Below, piece after piece: positions 47,285 through 57,022 of a DNA stretch of 64,000 nt. The DNA is from Anaerolineae bacterium. Lineage in GTDB: Bacteria; Chloroflexota; Anaerolineae; VGOG01. Under the pieces are notes generated by a model that was given only the letters and a program-made list of their open reading frames with translations, was not told where the DNA came from and made no database searches. How positions within the stretch are numbered: position 1 is the first letter of the stretch; each line of letters starts with the position of its first letter. The position numbers and the translations under genes are program-made. The stretch is from contig DAOUDK010000065.1 of NCBI GenBank assembly GCA_034431315.1, positions 8,542 to 72,541 on the forward strand, written 5' to 3'.

Positions 47285-47326
47285 TATACTCGTGACTCGT
47301 TGCTCGTTACTCATTACTCATTCACC
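47285..47326. repeat. tandem heptamer array (sense: AATGAGT AATGAGT AACGAGC AACGAGT CACGAGT)
   Basis: Direct reading; overlaps the larA stop. Confidence 0.7.
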
Positions 47327-48627
47327 ACCGGCAGCGTCAACAGCGCGTGGGGCACAATTAACACATCTAACTCATCCCCCAGTTCGCGGGCAGCCAGCGC
47401 GAGCGCCTCCTCCATCGTCTCAGCGGGGATCATCTTACAGGCTTCCACCAGATCGGGGTGCTCACTACCCACGATGACTACCCGCGCCCCCTCCAGCACC
47501 TTCGCCATGATGAAAGCTCGCTGCGCGCCGGGCGGATAGCCGGTGCGCCGCAGCTCCTCCAGCAAACTGGACATGTCCCTGGCGCCTCGCATCTTCTCCA
47601 GGAAGCGTTGCTCCCCCACCCCCTCGCCCGCGCCCTCCTGACAGCGGGCGGGGATGATCAGGAAGCCGCCCGGCTTGACCACGGGCGTGGGGGCGAAGAA
47701 GAGATAGCTGGCCGCCCGGCTGGTCTGGTAGAGGTTGGCATCCTTGGGGAATCCCACGCCGCCGATGACGACGTCGTAACGTTGCGGCACCGGCACCTCG
47801 TACAACTGCCTGGCGAAGGCTACCAGTTCGAGAAAGGCCGCCGTCGGCTCGCCAGCGCGCACCGCCGCCACTCGCTTGTGGTCGTCCAGCACGACGTTGA
47901 GGATGAAGCGCAGCCCTGCTCGCCGCGCCGCCTCGCTGACCGCCTCGTGGAAGAGATTGCCCTCGATGCGGCCCAGCCGCGTGCCGGGGTGATCCACCAT
48001 CTGCGGGCCGTGGGTGTAAGCGATCATGGCCTCACCCGCCGCGCCCACGGCCACCGTCTTGCGCCCGCCGGAGTAGCCCGCGTACTGGTGCGGTTCCACG
48101 ATGCCGGTGGCGATGAGCAAGTCGGCCTCGTAGGCTGCTCGGTGCACCGAGAGAGGGACGCCGCTTTCGGTCGTGCCCAGGTGCACCAGCGCGGCCGGGT
48201 TCTGCGGCTCGTTGTCAATGACCCGGTAGCGGGCCACCACCTCCTCGCCCAGTTTGATGACCTTCTCCTCCGGCGTGCTGGGCCGGTGCATGCCGATGCC
48301 GCAGAGCAGGGTGATGTCCTCGTCCCGCACGCCAGCGGCAGTCAGCTCCGCCAGCAGCGCGGGCACCAGCAGATGATCCGGGCTGGCGCGGGTGATGTCG
48401 GTGAAGACGATGCAGACTTTAAGCGAAGCGGCATCGCCTGGCTTGGCCAGCTCCCGCAGCGGCGGCGAATTCACCGGCTTCGCCAGTGCCTCGGCGATGG
48501 TCGCTTCCACGTCGGCGATGGGCGGCACCTTTTTCGATTCCACCACCGTACCGCGCATCCCTGGCAGCAAGGCGAAGCTGATTTCGCCCTTGCCGTAGGG
48601 TACGGTATAGGTCTTCTCGCCCATCAA
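47314..48627 (-). CDS. larA: lactate racemase LarA (nickel-pincer dependent, DUF2088)
   Basis: Full-length LarA family match. Confidence 0.8.
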   Translation of the reverse strand: MMGEKTYTVPYGKGEISFALLPGMRGTVVESKKVPPIADVEATIAEALAKPVNSPPLRELAKPGDAASLKVCIVFTDITRASPDHLLVPALLAELTAAGVRDEDITLLCGIGMHRPSTPEEKVIKLGEEVVARYRVIDNEPQNPAALVHLGTTESGVPLSVHRAAYEADLLIATGIVEPHQYAGYSGGRKTVAVGAAGEAMIAYTHGPQMVDHPGTRLGRIEGNLFHEAVSEAARRAGLRFILNVVLDDHKRVAAVRAGEPTAAFLELVAFARQLYEVPVPQRYDVVIGGVGFPKDANLYQTSRAASYLFFAPTPVVKPGGFLIIPARCQEGAGEGVGEQRFLEKMRGARDMSSLLEELRRTGYPPGAQRAFIMAKVLEGARVVIVGSEHPDLVEACKMIPAETMEEALALAARELGDELDVLIVPHALLTLPVVNE

Positions 48628-49061
48628 GCTATCTCCTTTTGGGCCAGAGCGAGAGCGGGCAACTCCTCCACGTAAGCGATAGGCACCGGACGTCTGGCAG
48701 GCCGCGGGGAATAGGTGAGTACTTTCAGGAAGCGGTTAACCGGTGGCGTGGTGATAATCTTCAGCACCGTCTGACGCACATCGTCAGGTATTTCATCCAG
48801 CTTCAAGCGGAAACCACGAGGGCCGATCTCGGTCAGTCTGGCCAGTGCTGAATAGCTGATCAATCCCAAACTGAGGGGCTCCTCGTTTTCTCGATCAAAG
48901 CGCAGGATGATATTGTCCGTGAGTTCGACAGTGCAAGTAGCCGGACCTCGCTTAAAGAACAACTCCAGGATATCTCCTTCCTTATCGTAGTGACAACGAA
49001 TGACGGTACCGTCGTCTAAGGGGATTTCAAACTTAATCAGCCATGAAAATCTTTGCTTCAT
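48624..49061 (-). CDS. DUF2283-like protein with conserved C-terminal extension (paralog 1)
   Basis: HYDKEGDILELFF core plus ...VRQTVLKIITTPPVNRFLKVLTYSP.... Stop overlaps the larA start. Confidence 0.65.
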   Translation of the reverse strand: MKQRFSWLIKFEIPLDDGTVIRCHYDKEGDILELFFKRGPATCTVELTDNIILRFDRENEEPLSLGLISYSALARLTEIGPRGFRLKLDEIPDDVRQTVLKIITTPPVNRFLKVLTYSPRPARRPVPIAYVEELPALALAQKEIA

Positions 49062-49165
49062 GTTCCTCCACTCAGCTCTTCGTGTTCCTCAATGATGTGC
49101 TTCCACCGCTCCTCAGTGATGTAAATCTCACGTCCCCGGCGATCCCGCACCGTCCCTATGCGCAC
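49058..49165 (-). pseudogene. truncated DUF4258-like partner (35 aa: VRIGTVRDRRGREIYITEERWKHIIEEHEELSGGT*)
   Basis: GTG after AAGGAGG. Conserved N-terminus then premature stop; still coupled (ATGA) to paralog 1. Confidence 0.4.
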
Positions 49166-49200
49166 TATCTTGCCTCCTTAAGCCGAAGTCCGGTCGCCGT

Positions 49201-50298
49201 TTAGTGAGATGCCAGCCTGGCCAGGCGAGAAATGCCCTCACGGATCTCAGGCTCTGAGAGGGCGGTGAAGGCCAAACGCAAGAATCTCTCCCCACCGCCC
49301 TGCGGGAAAAAGCCCCGACCGTCGGATAGGCTTAGTCCCGCCTTTTCCGCTCTCTCTCGTAGATTGGCCACGTTCATCGTTGCAGGCAGGGTGATTCCCA
49401 GAAAGAAACCGCCTTCAGGCTCGACCCAATCGGCTCCGGGCAGGTATTCCCGCAGCGACGCAGCCGTAGCCTCTAGCTTGGGGCGGTAAATCCCCTTCAG
49501 ACTCTCCAAATTGGGTTCCAGCCATCCCCGACGACAGAATTCGTAGGCAACGCCCTGGGCCAGGAGTCCGGGGGTGACGTAGGTGTCCGTGGCAATCTTG
49601 GCTACGGCCTCGACGATGCGCTCAGGGGCAACGAGGTACCCTACTCGCACCCCGGGACTCAGGATCTTCGTGAACGACGAGAGGTGGAGCACCCGGTCGG
49701 GGTTCATGGTTCTCATTAGCGGCACATCGGCGCCCTGGTATCGCAACGCCCGATAGGGATTGTCCTCTACTATCCAGAAACCATGCTCCTCCGCCAGACG
49801 GACGATCTGCTCCCGTTTGGATAGCGATGTGGTCAGCCCGGTGGGGTTCTGGAAATCGGAGATGAGGTACAGCAACTTCGGCGTCACCTTCCGCAACTGG
49901 GCGGCCAGGTATTCGATGTCCAGGCCATCGTGCTCCAGGGGTATGCCTACGAGGTTGGCGCCGTGCCGTCGAAAGGTGGTGATGGTGCGGTCGTAGGTCG
50001 GCTCCTCCACGAAGACGGTATCGCCTGGGCGCAGCAGGAGTGCCGCGAGGAACTCCTGGATTTGGAGCGAGCCGTTGCTGACCAGAACCTCTTCGGAGTT
50101 AGCTCCATGCCACCTGGCTATGGTCTCCCGCAGCGGCAGGTAGCCAGTTGATTTGCCATACTGCAGAACAGTCGCAGCGTCGGCGGCCAGGATCGCCGCA
50201 GCGCACTCCTGGATTTTGCTTACGGGGAAGGCTTCTACACAGGGTATTCCCCGGTTAAAGCTGATGCTGGTGACGTTGCGCATTCTCTTTTCCATCAA
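49201..50298 (-). CDS. PLP-dependent aminotransferase class I/II
   Basis: Fold-type I aminotransferase architecture. Confidence 0.75.
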   Translation of the reverse strand: MMEKRMRNVTSISFNRGIPCVEAFPVSKIQECAAAILAADAATVLQYGKSTGYLPLRETIARWHGANSEEVLVSNGSLQIQEFLAALLLRPGDTVFVEEPTYDRTITTFRRHGANLVGIPLEHDGLDIEYLAAQLRKVTPKLLYLISDFQNPTGLTTSLSKREQIVRLAEEHGFWIVEDNPYRALRYQGADVPLMRTMNPDRVLHLSSFTKILSPGVRVGYLVAPERIVEAVAKIATDTYVTPGLLAQGVAYEFCRRGWLEPNLESLKGIYRPKLEATAASLREYLPGADWVEPEGGFFLGITLPATMNVANLRERAEKAGLSLSDGRGFFPQGGGERFLRLAFTALSEPEIREGISRLARLASH

Positions 50299-50726
50299 GC
50301 CGCCTGTCCTTGGGCCAGAGCGAGAGCAGGTAGCCTTTCGACGTAGGTGATGGGTTCAGAGCGCCTGGCACGAGGACGAGTATATGAAGACACCTTGAGA
50401 AATTGATTCACCGGTGACGAAGTGATGATGCGTACCACCTTCCGGCGCACCTCATCAGCCATGTTATCTAGCTCCAGGCGGAAACTACGTGGCCCCACCT
50501 CGGTAGGCTGTGCCAAACGAGAGTAACTGATAAAACTCAAGCTGAGCGGTTCCTCTTTCTCCAAATCGAACCGCAAGATGATGCTCTCAGTCAACTCAAC
50601 CGCGCAGGTTGCCCGGCCTTTGCGGAAGATGACCTCCAGAATGTCCCCTTCCTCATCGTAACAATAATGGACAGGCTGTCCATCGTCGAGAACAGTGTCA
50701 AACTTGGTTAAACGTAACGCGCTCAT
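50295..50726 (-). CDS. DUF2283-like protein (paralog 2)
   Basis: ATG at 50726 after GGAGAGGTG. Stop overlaps the aminotransferase start. Confidence 0.65.
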   Translation of the reverse strand: MSALRLTKFDTVLDDGQPVHYCYDEEGDILEVIFRKGRATCAVELTESIILRFDLEKEEPLSLSFISYSRLAQPTEVGPRSFRLELDNMADEVRRKVVRIITSSPVNQFLKVSSYTRPRARRSEPITYVERLPALALAQGQAA

Positions 50727-50730
50727 TTTT

Positions 50731-51054
50731 TCACCTCTCCCTGTAAATATGCACTCCCCATGCGGAAGTGACGAAGTTGTTGGGTTGTGTCGAACCATCT
50801 GGCAACTCACGGATGCGAAAGACAACCGCAACGATAATATGCGTGTAAGGCAGGGGCAGGTACTCACAGCGTCGGTAGTATTTATAAGTCTGAGGGTCAT
50901 GTGGCTCTTGTCGCCTCTGCCCCTTGCGAATTGTATCCAGCACATCACCGAAAAGGTCGGTTAACTCAACGTGCAATTCGAGAATATGCTTCCATCGTTC
51001 CTCGGTGATGTAAATCTCGCGCCCCCTGTGATCCCGCACCGTCCATTTGCGCAC
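50731..51054 (-). CDS. DUF4258-like small protein (partner 2)
   Basis: GTG start after AAGGAGA; VRKWTVRDHRGREIYITEERWKHI...HIIVAVVF. Confidence 0.55.
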   Translation of the reverse strand: MRKWTVRDHRGREIYITEERWKHILELHVELTDLFGDVLDTIRKGQRRQEPHDPQTYKYYRRCEYLPLPYTHIIVAVVFRIRELPDGSTQPNNFVTSAWGVHIYRER

Positions 51055-51070
51055 TGGCTCGTCTCCTTTG

Positions 51071-51820
51071 TCACAACAACCGCAGCCCGGTCGCCGTAGA
51101 GAATACAATGAGCAGTTGCCCCACGATGTAGGTCATCCACACCAGGTCGCCTATCAGCAGGAACGTGCCTCCCTGAAACAGCCGGTGCCCCAGGAGCACG
51201 TCGGAGACGAGAAACAGCACCGCGCCCAGTGCCAGCAGCGCGAAGCGGGACTGTTGCAGCGCCAGGCTCACCGCCAACCCGGCCATCGCTCCGAGCAGCA
51301 GCGCGTACGCCAGCGAGCCGTAGTTGAGCACGGCGGGGGTCTGCGGGGAGCGGATCAACGCCCACCACAGCACCACGGCCAAAACGAGAAAGACGGCCAG
51401 CCCGGCGGCCCGCGCCCGGCCGTCCTGCAACCCCAACACGCCCCCCAGCCGCAGATAGCCGCTGATGTACAGCACGTGGGCCACGCCGAAAGCCCCGATG
51501 CCGAAGAGCACGTGCTGCGGCAGGGGCAGGAGCTCGGCCATGATCACGTCGCCCAGGAACGAGAACGCCATCCCGAAGAAGAGAAGCGCGGCGTAAGTGG
51601 CCAGCGGTGTACCGGCCGCGCCAGCCAGCCACCAGATCAGCGCGCACGCCACCAGGATGGCCGACGAGAGTATTTTGTTAAGGCGAGGGATGCGATTGAT
51701 CCGCTCCTCGTCGAGCTTTCCGAAGACGAAGCCCAGGATCAGCAGCGCGGCCCAGACGGCTAGCAGCGCGCACAGCAAGGTGAAATAGGGTTTAGAGATA
51801 GGCAATGTGAAGAAGTTCAT
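51071..51820 (-). CDS. YhhN-family (lysoplasmalogenase-like) membrane protein
   Basis: Multi-TM protein with a YhhN-like pattern. Confidence 0.7.
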   Translation of the reverse strand: MNFFTLPISKPYFTLLCALLAVWAALLILGFVFGKLDEERINRIPRLNKILSSAILVACALIWWLAGAAGTPLATYAALLFFGMAFSFLGDVIMAELLPLPQHVLFGIGAFGVAHVLYISGYLRLGGVLGLQDGRARAAGLAVFLVLAVVLWWALIRSPQTPAVLNYGSLAYALLLGAMAGLAVSLALQQSRFALLALGAVLFLVSDVLLGHRLFQGGTFLLIGDLVWMTYIVGQLLIVFSTATGLRLL

Positions 51821-51822
51821 TT

Positions 51823-52242
51823 CTAAGCCAGAGCGAGAGCGGGTAGTTTCTCAACGTAAGTGATGGGCACCGGTCGTTCGGCCCGGGGTGGGGAATAGGT
51901 GAGTATCTTCAGGAAGTGGTTGACTGGCCGCGTGGTGATGATTTTCAGTACCGTCTGACGCACATCATTGGGCATCTCCTCCAGTTTCAGACGGAAACTA
52001 AGAGGGCCGAATTCCGTTGATTGCATCAACGCTGAGAAACAGAGGAAGATAAGGCTAAGCGGCTTTCCCGTTTTGACGTCGTAGCGAAGCACGATTTCAT
52101 CCGTTAGTTCCACACCACATCCGCCCCCCTTTTGGAAAAACATTTCCAGAGTGTCCCCTTCTTTGTCGTAGTGATAGAGAACCGTTTGCCCGTCATTCAG
52201 GGTCTCTTCGTATTCCACCAACCAATCAGGTTTCTCTTCCAT
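51823..52242 (-). CDS. DUF2283-like protein (paralog 3)
   Basis: ATG at 52242 after GGGAGGAGG. Stop abuts the yhhN start. Confidence 0.65.
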   Translation of the reverse strand: MEEKPDWLVEYEETLNDGQTVLYHYDKEGDTLEMFFQKGGGCGVELTDEIVLRYDVKTGKPLSLIFLCFSALMQSTEFGPLSFRLKLEEMPNDVRQTVLKIITTRPVNHFLKILTYSPPRAERPVPITYVEKLPALALA

Positions 52243-52255
52243 GACCTCCTCCCTT

Positions 52256-52573
52256 CTATCCAGGAACGTACTGCCCCCAAGCAGTCGTGACAAAGTTGTT
52301 GAATTCGGTAGAACCATTGGGCAACTGACGATAGCTGAAAACCACTACGACAATGATATGATTGTAGCCGTAGAGCAAGTCATCATAAGAATAGCGGTAC
52401 CGGTATCGTTGAGGATCACGTGCCTCTTGCTTTCTTCGCCCTTGCTTGAGTGTGTTCAGCACATCGCCCAGACGCCCATCTAACTCATCATGCCACTCGA
52501 CAATGTGCTTCCACCGCTCCTCAGTGAGATAAATCTCCCATCCACGGCGATCTCGCACCGTCCATTTACGCAC
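52256..52573 (-). CDS. DUF4258-like small protein (partner 3, full length 105 aa)
   Basis: MRKWTVRDRRGWEIYLTEERWKHIVEWHDEL...HIIVVVVF. Confidence 0.55.
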   Translation of the reverse strand: MRKWTVRDRRGWEIYLTEERWKHIVEWHDELDGRLGDVLNTLKQGRRKQEARDPQRYRYRYSYDDLLYGYNHIIVVVVFSYRQLPNGSTEFNNFVTTAWGQYVPG

Positions 52574-52682
52574 TGCTTCGCTCCTTAAACACCCTTGATT
52601 GCGACAATGACTGCAAGCAGCAAAAGCTATGGAGACTTCACATTTGCCAACCCGAAACCATGAAACCTGAAACCCGGAACCA

Positions 52683-53786
52683 CTACAGGTCGTACTCCAC
52701 TCCCAACCCCTCAGCGATCCTCCGCAAATCGGCGACGACCTTGGGATGCAGCGGAATCCCCTCCCGCCGCCGGCGATCCTCTTCCTCGAACTCCTTCTCC
52801 CCGTGGATGTAGATCCGCTCTGCCCCTTTTGCCTTGGCGCTGTTCTTCAGGCGGTGGATGATGTCGTCCATGGTAGCTTTGAACTCGTCCAGGGGACGGA
52901 AGGCATCAACCCGGATAGCACCGAAGAAGTGGCCCACATCGGCCGGCAGCGGCTTTCCATCTGGCGTCTTGGGATAGATGGTGTTGGCATAGCCGGCCCC
53001 TGGCAGCACCCCGCTCAGGATGTCCACCAGCAGCACCAAACCGTATCCTTTGTAGCCACGAAACAGCTCGCCCTCCCCGCCCAGCGGCAGCAGGCCACCA
53101 CCAGCGCGGGCCAGCAGATTGTCCAGCACCCGACGGGCGTCGGGGGTGGCCACTCCATGCTCGTCCGTGGCCCAGCCCAATGGCAATGGCTTGTCCTGTC
53201 GGTCGTACACCTCCAGCTTTCCTCGCGGCACAGTGCTGGTGGCCATATCCAGCACGAAGGGACATTCCTCGCCAGACGGGGCGGCCACGCTGATGGGGTT
53301 GGTGCCCAGCATGGCGTCTTTGCCAAAGGTCGGCACCACCAGCACCGCAGCATTGGTCATGGAGATGCCGATCATCTCGTGCCCCAGGGCCATCATCGAG
53401 TAATAGGCGGCGATGCCGTAGTGGTTGGAATTGCGCACCGCCACGAAGCCAACACCCACGTCCTGGGCTTTTTTGATAGCCAGCTTCATGCCTCGCACGC
53501 CGACCGGCTGTCCCAGTCCCGCCCCGCCGTCTACCAGGGCCGTGCCGGGGGTCTCGTGCACCACCTCGATGTTTGGGCGGGCCAACATCACCCCGTCTCG
53601 CAGACCGTCCACGTAGCGCTTCAGGCGGGCCACGCCGTGGGAGTCAATGCCGCGCAGATTGGCTGCCACCAGGACGTCAGCAGTCACAACTGCGTCATCG
53701 ACCGGGACACCCATCTTCTCAAAGACCCGGGCAGAGAAATCGCGCAGAGGATCCGCCCAAACCTTAACACCTGCTCCTTCGCTCAT
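52683..53786 (-). CDS. malate/L-lactate/L-sulfolactate dehydrogenase family (Ldh_2)
   Basis: Ldh_2 family pattern (HGVARL, NPIS). ATG at 53786 after AGGAG. Confidence 0.8.
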   Translation of the reverse strand: MSEGAGVKVWADPLRDFSARVFEKMGVPVDDAVVTADVLVAANLRGIDSHGVARLKRYVDGLRDGVMLARPNIEVVHETPGTALVDGGAGLGQPVGVRGMKLAIKKAQDVGVGFVAVRNSNHYGIAAYYSMMALGHEMIGISMTNAAVLVVPTFGKDAMLGTNPISVAAPSGEECPFVLDMATSTVPRGKLEVYDRQDKPLPLGWATDEHGVATPDARRVLDNLLARAGGGLLPLGGEGELFRGYKGYGLVLLVDILSGVLPGAGYANTIYPKTPDGKPLPADVGHFFGAIRVDAFRPLDEFKATMDDIIHRLKNSAKAKGAERIYIHGEKEFEEEDRRRREGIPLHPKVVADLRRIAEGLGVEYDL

Positions 53787-53945
53787 AGTTATCACTCCTT
53801 TGTGTGAGATCATGGTCAATACGAGCAAAAGGGGAGCCTTAAACAGCCCCGATGCGGGCTATCACCGAGTTCCCCCTCAAATCGCTACCGCCATCGTCGG
53901 CGAGATCATTCTCGTGCAGCCTCAAAGAAAGCAAACCAGTCCAGA

Positions 53946-54851
53946 TCACCCAGCAACACTACCAGTTGGCACCTTCAGGCCCTCGTCCTCGATATCTAAC
54001 AGGCGCTGCAAAGCGGTTATCGCTACCTCCAGCATTAATTCATCAGGCTCCCGAGTGGTGAGCCTTTGTAGAGTTACACTGGGCGTGATGACCAATACCC
54101 TTATCAGAGGATTGTCCTGGTGGGCAGCGCCGAACTTGATCAGTTCGTAGGCTAGACCAGCGATGACGGGAATGAGAACCAGGCGCGAGAGGATGCGTAG
54201 CACCAGCGTAGGCCGTCCAAACAAAGAGAAAACCAGAATGGCGATCACCGCAAAGAGCAATGTGAAGCCGGTGCCACAGCGTGGATGAGCCGTGCTGTAA
54301 GCCTTGATAGCATCCGGTTCCAAAGGAGCTCCGTCCTCGTAGGCGTTGATGGTCTTGTGCTCCGCTCCATGATAGGCGAAGACGCGCTGGATGTCGGGGA
54401 TGAAGCCGATGGCATAGACATAGATCAGGAAAAAAGCGAGGCGGACCAGCCCTTCGAGGATATTGCTGACCAGCGATGAGGCAATGTAGCGATCCACTAG
54501 CCCAACCAGGAACAACGGCCCGAGGAGAAAAACACCTATGCCGATTACGAAGGAAAAGGCCACGGAACCCCAGGCAATCGGCCCGCTGAACTCGATATCT
54601 TCCTCTTCCAGGGCCACATCGGCCGAGAAGAGCAGAGCGCGCATGCCCAGGACCAACGTATCCCAGAGCATGATTATGCCCCGCAGGAAAGGCAGCTTGA
54701 CCATCCGCCCGCCGTATATCCTGGCGTTTAGAGGTTTGTTGTGGATGATTATCTCGCCTGTAGGACTTCGGACGGCCACGGCCATGTGCTTGGCTCCACG
54801 CATCATCACCCCTTCGATGACCGCCTGTCCACCGTAGTTGAATTCACTCAC
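53946..54851 (-). CDS. DUF1385 (YqhQ-like) membrane protein
   Basis: YHGAEHKTINAYE signature. Confidence 0.7.
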   Translation of the reverse strand: MSEFNYGGQAVIEGVMMRGAKHMAVAVRSPTGEIIIHNKPLNARIYGGRMVKLPFLRGIIMLWDTLVLGMRALLFSADVALEEEDIEFSGPIAWGSVAFSFVIGIGVFLLGPLFLVGLVDRYIASSLVSNILEGLVRLAFFLIYVYAIGFIPDIQRVFAYHGAEHKTINAYEDGAPLEPDAIKAYSTAHPRCGTGFTLLFAVIAILVFSLFGRPTLVLRILSRLVLIPVIAGLAYELIKFGAAHQDNPLIRVLVITPSVTLQRLTTREPDELMLEVAITALQRLLDIEDEGLKVPTGSVAG

Positions 54852-54928
54852 TTATCTGCCTCCAATTCAAAATTGTACCTGATTGTACACCAGACGACGC
54901 CAGGTGTCAACTTTTGAAGGACACGCCT

Positions 54929-56767
54929 TTATGCTAGACCCAGTTCCCGCATTTTTTCATCGGTAGGAACACCCTCCGCCGTCCAGCCTCGCAGTTGGTA
55001 ATACTCCTCCAGCATGGTCTCCAGATCGGGCAGCACGCCAGCCGCGCTGCCGGTGGGCCGCGCGTGGGTCAGAAGCCGCCGTGGGAGGGTGTCGTCCGCT
55101 CTGGTGACGCCCAGTCGGACGTTGATCATCCGCTTGAGGTTGAACAGCCTCTCCCCGGCGCGGATGAGGTCGCCGCTGTCCCAATCCCAGCCCATAGCCA
55201 GATTCAGCCACTCCACCACCGTCTCCGGCCCCACCAGCCCCTTGATGATGAACTTGCACAAACCCAGGGGATTGTAGACGCTCAGGTAGTTCTGGAAGTC
55301 GTAGACCACCTGTGCTTTGCCATCGCTGTCCAGACGATCGTGCTCCCCCGCCTGGCCCCACTCCTCCCATTCCAGCCCATAGCCCCGCCAATAGGACAGC
55401 CCTTCGAGGTGACAGCCGCCCCGGTTGGCGGTAGCGTAGTTGATGGCCATGTCAACAAAAGCCCGTGGATCGTGCATGGCTAGAGCCAGCCCCTTGGCGT
55501 GAATGGCCATCTCCTCAGCCTGGGGACCCAACCTCTTGGCCGCGGCTCGAACTCCGTCGGCCAGCACATCGCCCAGCCCTTGCCGCCGCGCGATCTGCTC
55601 CACCAGTTGCACAATGGCCTCGGCATTGCCCCATTCGAGCTCCAAACCGCCAGTCTCTTCGACAGTCAACAGCCCCTTCTCGTAAGCTTCCAGGGCCAGG
55701 GCGATGACCGCTCCGGTGGAGATGGTGTCCAGGCCATAGCGGTTGCACAGGTGATCGGCCTTGACGATGGTCTCAAGATTGTCGTTCAAGAGCAAGGCTC
55801 CGAAGGCAGCCAGGGTCTCATACTCTGGCCCGTGGCCCTCCAGCCCAGCGTAAGGACCTTCGGTGATCTTGACCTCTTGGCCGCAGGCGATGGGGCAGGC
55901 AAAGCAGCGATAGTGCTGGTCGAGCATGGTAGCCACGATGGTCTGGCCAGAGGTCTTCTCGGCTCCCTCTTTCCAACTACCCAATAGCCAATTCTTGATG
56001 GGCAGATCTCCGTAAACCTCGGTCGCTGGTACCCCACCCGCCGTGCCGAACTCGGACAGGCCCATGGAGTTCTCTTTGATCCAGGCCGTATCCTCCCGCA
56101 CGCGGCGGCGCAACCCCTCCCGGTCGTGGTACTCAGGCCGCTGGCTTCCCCTGACGGCCACCGCCTTGAGATTCTTGGAGGCCATCAGCGCGCCCATGCC
56201 CCCCCGGCCCGCCGTCCGCTCGCCGTTGCCCAGAAACATCACGCCGGCGATCCGCACCCCGTTCTCACCGGCCGGGCCTACACAGGCCACCAACGCTTTA
56301 GGGTCGGTCTCGTCTTGAACGCGCTGCGCCGTCTCCTGGGAATCCAGGCCCCAGAGCGAAGAGGCCGGGCGGATCTCAACCTGGCCGTCGTGGATCCACA
56401 GGTAAACAGGCTTCTCAGCCCGGCCAGTGAACACCACGCCGTCGTAGCCAGCGAAACGCAGCTCTGCCCCCCAGTAGCCCCCCGCCACCGACTCACACCA
56501 AATGCCCGTCAGCGGCGAGCGACCGCAGACGGACACACGAGAAGCGGTGGGGATGAAGGTCCCGGTCAACAGCCCATTCATCATCAAGAGCGGATTAGCC
56601 GGATCGAGGGGATCCAACTGGGGTTGCAACCGTTCAAGAAGAATCTTGGCCGCCAGGCCGCTGCCGAGGAGATAGTGGCGAACCTGATCGGAATCAATCT
56701 CCTCTACCCGCCACTGCCCCGAATCGAGATCAACCCAAAGAAGCTTACCAGCGTGTGCGTATGGCAT
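54929..56767 (-). CDS. aor: aldehyde:ferredoxin oxidoreductase (tungsten AOR family)
   Basis: AFOR N- and C-terminal domains, full length. Confidence 0.85.
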   Translation of the reverse strand: MPYAHAGKLLWVDLDSGQWRVEEIDSDQVRHYLLGSGLAAKILLERLQPQLDPLDPANPLLMMNGLLTGTFIPTASRVSVCGRSPLTGIWCESVAGGYWGAELRFAGYDGVVFTGRAEKPVYLWIHDGQVEIRPASSLWGLDSQETAQRVQDETDPKALVACVGPAGENGVRIAGVMFLGNGERTAGRGGMGALMASKNLKAVAVRGSQRPEYHDREGLRRRVREDTAWIKENSMGLSEFGTAGGVPATEVYGDLPIKNWLLGSWKEGAEKTSGQTIVATMLDQHYRCFACPIACGQEVKITEGPYAGLEGHGPEYETLAAFGALLLNDNLETIVKADHLCNRYGLDTISTGAVIALALEAYEKGLLTVEETGGLELEWGNAEAIVQLVEQIARRQGLGDVLADGVRAAAKRLGPQAEEMAIHAKGLALAMHDPRAFVDMAINYATANRGGCHLEGLSYWRGYGLEWEEWGQAGEHDRLDSDGKAQVVYDFQNYLSVYNPLGLCKFIIKGLVGPETVVEWLNLAMGWDWDSGDLIRAGERLFNLKRMINVRLGVTRADDTLPRRLLTHARPTGSAAGVLPDLETMLEEYYQLRGWTAEGVPTDEKMRELGLA

Positions 56768-56862
56768 TGAAGCGCCTCCTTTTTTATTGGAACATCACTA
56801 CATAGCGAAATCCGCCCCCATTGGACGGATTTCCTGACCAAGCAGAAGTCTGCTGGATTTGA

Positions 56863-56936
<74 letters not shown>

Positions 56937-57022
56937 AAGTGGGAACACACTGATATTATACCGACTTCCACCCAAAAGGTCAAACCGTAATGCCCGCGGT
57001 GCCTGCACAGTAGGTCGGCAGC

